64,000 bases of DNA from Burkholderiaceae bacterium (GTDB taxonomy: Bacteria; Pseudomonadota; Gammaproteobacteria; Burkholderiales; Burkholderiaceae_E). The DNA lies in contig JBOEGY010000006.1 in the NCBI GenBank assembly GCA_050633665.1, positions 564,824 to 628,823 on the forward strand, read 5' to 3'. This document shows, one piece after another, positions 56,997-64,000 of the stretch (positions are counted from its first letter, which is position 1; the number at the start of each line of letters is the position of its first letter). A program made the position numbers and the translations under genes. Below the pieces are notes generated by a model. That model had not been told where the DNA came from. It saw only the letters and a list, made by a program, of their open reading frames with translations, and searched no databases.

Positions 56997-57243
56997 CCCA
57001 CCCAGAATGCGGTTTCGTGTTGTGCGAGGTTTTAGGTGATCAAAGAGTTATTGAGTCATCCGAGCCAAAAAGTTTCTTGCGGAAATTCACGTTTATAGCG
57101 GTATGCCAACCGCTGGCTTGCATATCCTGACAAAGTTCAGGCTAGAATGAGCCCAGATTTGCTGGCACGGACTGGCTTGTCACACTCATTCACAGGGGGC
57201 CGTATCCGTCAGGGTATCGGTACTACCATCAATGGAGACACTT

Positions 57244-58488
57244 ATGAGACGCAATCTGATCGGCGCCGTCACCACGGCTGCCATTCTCGGCGCATCCGCG
57301 CTACCGGCACAAGCGGCCGACACTATCCGCATGGCGTTTATTGATCCGCTTTCCGGTCCTTTCGCCGCTACCGGCTCTACCGGCCTGAAGGAATTTCAGT
57401 TCTTCGCCGAAGAAATCAACAAAGCCGGCGGCGTCATGGGCAAGAAGCTCGAAGTCATCGGTTTCGACAACAAGATCTCTCCCAAAGAAAGCCTGATCCA
57501 GCTCAAGCGTGTGATCGGCGAGGGGATCCAGTTTGTTTTCCAGGGTAATTCCTCAGGTGTGGCCAACGCGTTGACCGACGCGATCGCCAAGCACAACAAG
57601 CGCAATCCCAAAGAGCGTGTTCTGTTCCTGAACTACTCGGCTGTTGATCCTGCACTGACCAACAAGAAGTGCAATTTCTGGCATTTCCGTTTTGATGCCA
57701 ACGCTGACATGAAGATGAAGGCGCTGGCTGCAAATCTCGCCGCCAACAAAGACCTCAAGAATGTCTACGTGATTGGTCAGGATTATTCCTTCGGCAAAGC
57801 GGTTGCTGCCGCCGCTGCCAAGTACCTGCCGGAAGCTCGTAGCGACCTGAAGATCGTCGGTAGCGAACTGCACCCGATTGGTAAGGTTAAGGATTTCTCA
57901 CCTTACATCGCCAAGATTAAGTCTTCTGGTGCTGATGCTGTGATTACCGGTAACTGGGGCGCTGACATGGTTGGTCTGGCTAAAGCCGCCAGCGACGCAG
58001 GTCTGGATGTGCCCGTCTACACCTACTACGGTGCCAAGACCGGTATTACCAAGGCCATCGGCGCCGGTGGTGTCGATCGTGTTCGCCTCGTTCACGAAGG
58101 CACCGACAACCCGGCAATCACTGATGAATGGCGTGCGTTGCAGGTTGCATTCAAGAAGCTGCATCCGGATGCTGACTTCACCCAGAATCGCATCACAAAC
58201 GCTATCGGTATGACCGCCAAGGCCATTGAAAAAGCCGGGTCGACTGAGCCGTTTGCGGTTGCAACCGCATTGGAAGGCATGACCCACAAGACGTATTGGG
58301 GTGATGAAGTATCCATGCGTGCCTCTGATCACCAGCTTCAGTTGCCTTTGCGTATTTCGGTGCACACTGACAAAGACGTCGTTCAAGATGGCGACAACTC
58401 CGGATTTGGTCTGGTTACCGAGGCAACCATCTCGGCAGCTGATGCATCGACCGAAACCTCTTGCAAGATGAAGCGGCCCAAGTCTTAA
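57244..58488 (+). CDS. Branched-chain amino acid type ABC transporter substrate-binding protein (LivK-like)
   Basis: Signal peptide MRRNLIGAVTTAAILGASALPAQA followed by a type-I periplasmic binding fold sequence. First gene of the liv-like operon. Confidence 0.85.
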   Translation: MRRNLIGAVTTAAILGASALPAQAADTIRMAFIDPLSGPFAATGSTGLKEFQFFAEEINKAGGVMGKKLEVIGFDNKISPKESLIQLKRVIGEGIQFVFQGNSSGVANALTDAIAKHNKRNPKERVLFLNYSAVDPALTNKKCNFWHFRFDANADMKMKALAANLAANKDLKNVYVIGQDYSFGKAVAAAAAKYLPEARSDLKIVGSELHPIGKVKDFSPYIAKIKSSGADAVITGNWGADMVGLAKAASDAGLDVPVYTYYGAKTGITKAIGAGGVDRVRLVHEGTDNPAITDEWRALQVAFKKLHPDADFTQNRITNAIGMTAKAIEKAGSTEPFAVATALEGMTHKTYWGDEVSMRASDHQLQLPLRISVHTDKDVVQDGDNSGFGLVTEATISAADASTETSCKMKRPKS

Positions 58489-58633
58489 GCGGCTGCCGAC
58501 GACGCAGGCCCTGCATGGGCCGGCGTCGCCTTTCATTGCCGAGCGTCAGCGTTATTGGACATGACTGCTTGGCCATTCTCATATTTGAATTTCCCGGTGC
58601 GGCTTTGCTGCACCGATATAAGGACGTCGGGCC

Positions 58634-59584
58634 GTGGCGGAACTGATCCTATTCTCCTTGCTCAACGGGCTGGTATATGGCCTGTTGTTGTTCATGCTCT
58701 CCAGCGGTTTGACGCTGATTTTTTCGATGATGGGCGTGCTCAATTTCGCGCACGCCAGTGTCTATATGCTGGGCGCTTACCTGGCCTACTCGGTCAGTGC
58801 CGCGATCGGCTTCTGGCCCGCGCTGATCATCGCTCCAATTCTTGCGGGGCTTGTTGGTGCGTTTATTGAACGGTACGGATTACGCCGCGTTCACCAGTAT
58901 GGCCACGTTGCGGAACTGATCTTCACCTTCGGCGTTGCCTATCTGATTGAAGAGGTTGTGCAGTTAATCTGGGGCAAGGAAAACGTTGACTACACGGAGC
59001 CGGTTGAGCTGACGTTCGCATTGTTTACGCTGTTCGGCACGACATTCCCCGCTTATAAAGCGTTCATGTTGCTGGTGTCGATCTCAATCTTTGCCCTGTT
59101 AATGCTTGTTCTGACCAAGTCGCGGGTTGGCCTGATTATTCAGGCTGCAATCACGCATCCCAATCAGGTTGCGATGCTCGGACATAACGTGCCTCTGGTA
59201 TTTATGGGCGTTTTTGGTGTTGGATCTGCGCTGGCCGGATTGGCCGGGGTTATTGCGGGGCCGGTACTTGGGACCTTTCCGGGTATGGCTATCGTGCTGG
59301 GCAGTATTGTCTTTGTCGTCATCGTGGTCGGCGGACTCGGCTCGTTGATGGGCGCGTTCGTGGCCTCATTGCTGATTGGTATGTTGCAGACATTCGCGGT
59401 CGCGATTGACTACTCCTTGAACGACTTTTTCGCCACCATCGGCGTGACAGCAGACGCCGACAGCATGCTCAGCGATTTGTATTCGCTGACGGTCGCGCAA
59501 ATTGGTCCAATCCTGCCGTATCTATTGCTGGTTCTGATTCTGGTCTTTAAACCTACCGGCCTGTTCGGCACACGCGAGAGTTAA
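58634..59584 (+). CDS. Branched-chain amino acid ABC transporter permease (LivH-like)
   Basis: 316 aa. LLNGLVYGLLLFMLSSGLTLIFSMMGVLNFAHASVYMLGAY is a typical LivH N-terminus. GTG start. Confidence 0.9.
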   Translation: MAELILFSLLNGLVYGLLLFMLSSGLTLIFSMMGVLNFAHASVYMLGAYLAYSVSAAIGFWPALIIAPILAGLVGAFIERYGLRRVHQYGHVAELIFTFGVAYLIEEVVQLIWGKENVDYTEPVELTFALFTLFGTTFPAYKAFMLLVSISIFALLMLVLTKSRVGLIIQAAITHPNQVAMLGHNVPLVFMGVFGVGSALAGLAGVIAGPVLGTFPGMAIVLGSIVFVVIVVGGLGSLMGAFVASLLIGMLQTFAVAIDYSLNDFFATIGVTADADSMLSDLYSLTVAQIGPILPYLLLVLILVFKPTGLFGTRES

Positions 59585-59588
59585 TCTA

Positions 59589-60878
59589 ATGAGTACAACT
59601 GCAGCCGGTCTGCCGCTTTCACGACCGTCATTTGCCAGGCGCAATCTGGTCTGGGTTATTGCCGCTATTGTCCTGGCCATCATGCCTTTGATCTTCGATG
59701 GCGGCCTGGGAATGGCAGTGTTGAATCAAATGCTGATCATGGTTCTGTTTACCGTTTCCTACAACATGTTGCTCGGGCAAGGCGGGATGTTGTCGTTTGG
59801 TCATGCGGTTTATTTCGGACTGGGCGGATATTTTTCCATTCACCTGATCAATATGATCGGCGAAGGCGAATGGGCTATACCGCTGCCACTGGTGCCACTC
59901 ATTGGCGGGGTGGCAGGCCTGATCTTTTCGTTCATCATTGGCAGTTTCTCTACCAATAAAGCCGGTACGGTGTTCGCAATGATCTCGCTAGGTATTGGCG
60001 AAATGATTGCCTCTTCCTCGCTAATTCTCACCAAGTTTTCCGGTGGTGAGGAAGGCATTACGGCCGATCGGACCGAGCCGCCAGAGTTCATGGGGTTCGA
60101 TTTTGCTCAGGAGACTGAGGTCTATTACCTGATTGCCGCCTGGATGTTGTTTTCTGTTTGGCTGATGTACAAGTTTTCACGAACGCCCGTTGGGCGAATG
60201 GCCAATGCTGTCCGTGACAATCCGGAGCGGGCCGAGTTCGTGGGGTACTCCCAAAAGCGCATTCGCTTCCTGTCATTTTGTATTGCCGGCTTCTTCGCTG
60301 GTATTGCCGGCGCCTTGTTTGCGATTAACTACGAAATTGTCACCGAAGAAACCGTTAATGCGATTACCTCGGGCGTCGTCTTGCTGCAGGCTTATATTGG
60401 CGGCGTTGGATTCTTTGCCGGTCCGATTGTTGGTGCCGTGGTCTTCACCTTGTTGCAGACTTTGTTGTCCAACTACACGGGTATCTGGGCGCTCTACGTC
60501 GGCATTCTGTTCGTTGCTACGGTCATGTATGCACCAGCCGGGCTGACGGGAATCGTCATGATGCATGTTCCGATCTGGAAGAGCGGGCAAATCGGGCGAC
60601 TGGTCAAACCTTATCTGACCATCGCTGGTCCAGCCCTGTTATGCCTGATCGGTCTGATCGGCATTCTCGAATTACTGCATCATGTTTCTGAGGCTGCTAC
60701 AGGGGAAACAGAGGCGCATGTCTTTGGTATTACCTGGACATTCACAACTTTCTGGCCCTGGCTAATCTTCGGCGCGCTGTTGATTGGTGGGTTCTTGATC
60801 TGCAAGCGACTGGCTCCCGGAATCTATGATGTCTATCAGTCGGCTCTTGAGAAAGCCTACAACCGGAGCGCATCATGA
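59589..60878 (+). CDS. Branched-chain amino acid ABC transporter permease (LivM-like)
   Basis: 429-aa polytopic protein. LLGQGGMLSFGHAVYFGLGGY motif. Confidence 0.9.
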   Translation: MSTTAAGLPLSRPSFARRNLVWVIAAIVLAIMPLIFDGGLGMAVLNQMLIMVLFTVSYNMLLGQGGMLSFGHAVYFGLGGYFSIHLINMIGEGEWAIPLPLVPLIGGVAGLIFSFIIGSFSTNKAGTVFAMISLGIGEMIASSSLILTKFSGGEEGITADRTEPPEFMGFDFAQETEVYYLIAAWMLFSVWLMYKFSRTPVGRMANAVRDNPERAEFVGYSQKRIRFLSFCIAGFFAGIAGALFAINYEIVTEETVNAITSGVVLLQAYIGGVGFFAGPIVGAVVFTLLQTLLSNYTGIWALYVGILFVATVMYAPAGLTGIVMMHVPIWKSGQIGRLVKPYLTIAGPALLCLIGLIGILELLHHVSEAATGETEAHVFGITWTFTTFWPWLIFGALLIGGFLICKRLAPGIYDVYQSALEKAYNRSAS

Positions 60879-61642
60879 ATCAGCAAACTGCACCGGCGAT
60901 TGAACTCAAAGATGTTTGCAAGCAGTTTGGCGCCACGGAGATTATCCGCGGCGTTAATCTGAGTATTGCAGACGGTGAGCGTCACGCGGTGATCGGCCCG
61001 AACGGGGCTGGTAAATCTACTATGTATAACCTGATAACTGCCCGGTTTCCGGTGACTTCCGGCGAGATCAAGCTGCGCGGCGAAAGCCTGGCCGGGCTGG
61101 CGCCGTATCAAATAAACCGTAAGGGCTTGTCACGTAGTTTTCAGGTCACCAATATCTTCCCGCGACTCAGCGTTTTCGAAAACGTCCGGTGCGGGGTTTT
61201 ATATTCACTGGGCTACAAATATTCGTTCTGGCATAACGTCGACAAACTGACCGACGCGAACGACAGAGCTGCCGAAATATTGGCCGAAATTGGTATGACC
61301 GCACGGGCCGAGGTGCCAGCAGGCGTGCTGACCTATGCCGAGCAGCGAGCTTTGGAAATCGGTATCACGATGGCCAGCGGGGCCAGTGTGATTCTGCTGG
61401 ACGAACCTACGGCCGGTATGAGCATGTCAGAGACTGATCAGGCGATTGAGTTGATTCGCCGCGTGACAGAAGGCAAGACACTGGTAATGGTCGAGCACGA
61501 CATGGGCGTCGTGTTCGGTCTTGCTGATCGAATTTCAGTGCTGGTCTACGGCCAGATTATTGCGTCCGGTACGCCGGACCAGATCCGCGGCAATGCTGCG
61601 GTGCGTGAAGCCTATCTGGGCGAGGAGCTCGACGAATGCTAG
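60875..61642 (+). CDS. Branched-chain amino acid ABC transporter ATP-binding protein (LivG-like)
   Basis: 255 aa. Walker A GPNGAGKST, Walker B ILLDEPTAGM, MVEHDM motif. Confidence 0.9.
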   Translation: MNQQTAPAIELKDVCKQFGATEIIRGVNLSIADGERHAVIGPNGAGKSTMYNLITARFPVTSGEIKLRGESLAGLAPYQINRKGLSRSFQVTNIFPRLSVFENVRCGVLYSLGYKYSFWHNVDKLTDANDRAAEILAEIGMTARAEVPAGVLTYAEQRALEIGITMASGASVILLDEPTAGMSMSETDQAIELIRRVTEGKTLVMVEHDMGVVFGLADRISVLVYGQIIASGTPDQIRGNAAVREAYLGEELDEC

Positions 61643-62331
61643 TCGTCAAAGATCTCAATGCTTACTATGGCAAGAGCCACATCCTGCAAGGGGTGAATTT
61701 CGACGTTAAGGAAGGCGAAATCGTCAGCCTGCTGGGGCGCAACGGCGTCGGCCGATCAACGACATGCAAGGCGATCATGGGCGATGTCGTGCCGCACGGT
61801 TCAATCAAGTTTCGCGACAAAGAAATCGCCGGGCTTAAGCCACACGAAATCGCTCGTCGCGGGCTGGGTTATGTCCCTGAAAACCGCGATATTTTTCCGA
61901 CGTTGACAGTGCGCCAGAATCTCTTGCTCGGCCAGAAAAAGGCTAACCGGGAAGGCAGCTGGAAAATGCAGGACATGTTCGATATGTTCAGCAACCTGCG
62001 CGAGCGGGCGGATACCCCGGCCGGAGTTTTGTCCGGCGGTGAGCAGCAGATGCTGACTATGTGTCGCGCGCTGATGGGTGATCCCGAATTGATCATGATC
62101 GACGAGCCCACCGAAGGGCTTGCTCCCAAGATCGTTGAACAGGTAGCCCGCCTGCTAGAAGAAATCGCCAATCGCGGTCTGTCGATTCTGCTGGTGGAGC
62201 AGAAGTTGACGATCGCCTTGAACATTTCGCACCGCGTTTTCGTCATGGGCCATGGTCATATGGTGTTCGAGGGAACACCAGCAGAACTGCGGGCAAACGA
62301 GCAAATCCGTCAGGAGTGGCTGGAAGTCTGA
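61636..62331 (+). CDS. Branched-chain amino acid ABC transporter ATP-binding protein (LivF-like)
   Basis: 231 aa. Walker A GRNGVGRST, signature LSGGEQQML, Walker B IMIDEPTEGL. Confidence 0.9.
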   Translation: MLVVKDLNAYYGKSHILQGVNFDVKEGEIVSLLGRNGVGRSTTCKAIMGDVVPHGSIKFRDKEIAGLKPHEIARRGLGYVPENRDIFPTLTVRQNLLLGQKKANREGSWKMQDMFDMFSNLRERADTPAGVLSGGEQQMLTMCRALMGDPELIMIDEPTEGLAPKIVEQVARLLEEIANRGLSILLVEQKLTIALNISHRVFVMGHGHMVFEGTPAELRANEQIRQEWLEV

Positions 62332-62455
62332 CCGATTAATCCAGACTTCTGCCGCAGGGCAATTCTGCGTTAGTTCACTGAACAGTGCTACCGTCCCGGT
62401 TGTGTAGTCTTGAGCTGACGCTCATCTAAGAAAGGCAACCAACCAGGAGACTCGG

Positions 62456-62914
62456 ATGCTTACCCTCAATGTCAACGGGAAAGACGTCGAAATCGACGCC
62501 GACCCGTCTACGCCCGTCCTTTGGGCGCTGCGCGATCATCTCAACATGACCGGCACCAAGTTCGGCTGCGGTGCCGCGCTCTGCGGAGCTTGCACGGTTC
62601 ACTTGAACGGCGCTCCGGTGCGCTCTTGCTCAACCCCGATCAGTGCGGCCGCGGGAAGTCAGATCACCACGATTGAAGCCATTGTTGATGACGCAATTGG
62701 CTCGGCGGTACAGGCCGCCTGGGTCCAGCATGATGTGCCACAGTGCGGCTACTGCCAGTCCGGTCAGATTATGAGTGCGGTTGCCTTGTTGCGCGAGAAC
62801 CCGCAGCCAGATGATGAGGCGATTGATCAGGCCATGTCAGGCAATGTCTGCCGATGTGGAACCTATAACCGGATTCGCGCGGCAATCAAAGACGCCGCCA
62901 GCGATCTCGCCTGA
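62456..62914 (+). CDS. (2Fe-2S)-binding small subunit of a molybdopterin oxidoreductase (IorA / aldehyde oxidase small-subunit type)
   Basis: 152 aa. Cys clusters GCGAALCGACTV and QCGYCQSG...CRCGTY. Confidence 0.9.
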   Translation: MLTLNVNGKDVEIDADPSTPVLWALRDHLNMTGTKFGCGAALCGACTVHLNGAPVRSCSTPISAAAGSQITTIEAIVDDAIGSAVQAAWVQHDVPQCGYCQSGQIMSAVALLRENPQPDDEAIDQAMSGNVCRCGTYNRIRAAIKDAASDLA

Positions 62915-62924
62915 CCTGGAGCCA

Positions 62925-64000
62925 ATGATGAACAGACTAATTGAAAAACAGGACCAGGTCAGTGAGAATCCGGCCGGTATGTCACGTCGGTCGTTTTTGT
63001 CGGTAAGCGCTCTGGCCGGTGGCGGTGTTGCGCTTGGCGTCATGATGCCTTCGTTGCTGCCCGGCGCGCTGGGCGCAGCTAGCGAGGCGAATGCCGCCGC
63101 TCCGGCGTTGAATCCGATGCAATGGATCAAGATCCTGCCCGATAACTCAGTGATTTTCGTCGTTGATAAATCCGAAATGGGGCAAGGCGTTTCCACTTCG
63201 ATGCCGATGCTGATCGCCGAAGAACTTGATCCGGACTGGTCACTGGTCTCATTCGAATACGCACCGGCCGCGCAGCAATATGCCAACCCGTTGTTTGGGG
63301 TTCAGGGCACCGGCGGTTCCACCTCGGTTCGGGCGATGTACGAACCCTTGCGTCGGGCGGGTGCCGCGGCTCGCCAGCTACTGGTTGCTGCCGCAGCCAG
63401 TGAGTGGGGCGTTGATGCCGGGCAGATCTCGGCGGCCGCCGGCAAACTTACGGGTCCGGATGGCAAAGAGGCAACCTATGGCGACATGGCCCAGGCTGCC
63501 GCCTCGATGACTCCGCCTGATATGGCCGCTGTCACGCTTAAACCGGCGGCCGATTTCAAAGTCATTGGTCAGCGGGTCAAGAGACTGGATACGCCATCGA
63601 AAGTGAACGGTACTGCCGAATTCGGGATGGACGTGAAGTTGCCCGGTTTGCTGACTGCCGTGGTCGCCAAAGCGCCGGTTCTCGGCGCGAAGCTGGCTTC
63701 ATTCAACGCAGACAAGGCCCGCGACGTTGCCGGCGTGCGCATGGTGTTGCCTCTGCGCGGGCCGATCCAGCAAGGGGTGGCTGTGGTTGCTGAAACCTAT
63801 TGGGCTGCCAAGATGGGGCGTGATGCGCTGGAGATTGAGTGGGATAACGGCGCTAATCAGTCGGTGTCGTCAGAGTCGATTCGGGCTGCGATGCTGGAGG
63901 CCGGGCAGACCGCTGAAGACCCGGTTGTGGCGCTTGACCAGGGCGATGTCGACAGTGTTCAACCGATCAAATCCATAAAGGCGACCTACGAGCAACCGTA
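62925..64000 (+). CDS. Molybdopterin-dependent oxidoreductase large subunit (IorB-like), Tat signal, 3' end outside window
   Basis: Hand-translated frame, open to the window end. MMNRLIEK...SRRSFLSVSALAGGGVALG (twin-arginine signal), then SEMGQGVSTSMPMLIAEELD and TGGSTSV, typical of the xanthine-dehydrogenase-family Mo-binding subunit. Not listed in the ORF track because no stop lies within the window. Confidence 0.85.
   Translation, partial: MMNRLIEKQDQVSENPAGMSRRSFLSVSALAGGGVALGVMMPSLLPGALGAASEANAAAPALNPMQWIKILPDNSVIFVVDKSEMGQGVSTSMPMLIAEELDPDWSLVSFEYAPAAQQYANPLFGVQGTGGSTSVRAMYEPLRRAGAAARQLLVAAAASEWGVDAGQISAAAGKLTGPDGKEATYGDMAQAAASMTPPDMAAVTLKPAADFKVIGQRVKRLDTPSKVNGTAEFGMDVKLPGLLTAVVAKAPVLGAKLASFNADKARDVAGVRMVLPLRGPIQQGVAVVAETYWAAKMGRDALEIEWDNGANQSVSSESIRAAMLEAGQTAEDPVVALDQGDVDSVQPIKSIKATYEQP

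Noticed and set aside
57108-57138. TTGCAT-N19-TAGAAT upstream of the liv-like operon
   Set aside because: The 19-nt spacer is long and I have no other evidence. It is plausible but not supportable as a feature.
57898-58536. 212-aa minus-strand ORF opposite the LivK-like binding protein gene
   Set aside because: It is an antisense shadow ORF.

Overview
This window is mostly conserved chromosomal backbone with betaproteobacteria-like gene order. I count about 65 supportable CDS and one tRNA. I saw no rRNA, CRISPR array, IS element, transposase or integrase.

Layout, left to right:
- mutY 3' end.
- A divergent IclR / aldehyde dehydrogenase / TcuA-like flavoprotein module.
- A secreted MBL-fold hydrolase.
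- The complete minus-strand block kdsD-kdsC-lptC-lptA-lptB-rpoN-hpf-ptsN-hprK-rapZ, followed by a Lon-N-domain gene.
- A CPA2 K+/H+ antiporter.
- mlaF-E-D-A-C-B, a yadGH-like ABC-2 pair, ibaG and murA.
- hisG, a single fused hisD-hisC ORF, hisB-H-A-F-I-E, a HIT protein and tatABC.
- A degP-like gene, a nif3-like gene and mscL.
- petABC, sspAB and tRNA-Thr(TGT).

After the tRNA the content becomes accessory:
- A ~9.5 kb metabolic/transport block (two crotonases, a CaiB-type CoA-transferase, an Fe3+/polyamine-type ABC importer, quinone oxidoreductase, GST, GntR). It ends at a degenerate direct copy of the tRNA-Thr 3' half.
- Immediately next is a five-gene, translationally coupled glycan-type operon at 49616-54940. 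It encodes a GT4 fusion protein, a GT-B-like protein, a DUF115/sialyltransferase-like protein, an alpha/beta-hydrolase and a KpsM-type ABC-2 permease, with no ATPase partner. This is the least explainable part of the window and my best candidate for an undescribed system.

The window ends with an EamA transporter, an SDR, a Liv-type amino-acid ABC transporter and an IorA/IorB-type molybdo-oxidoreductase (partial).

All calls come from reading the ORF translations and the DNA by eye. No database search or computation was run.
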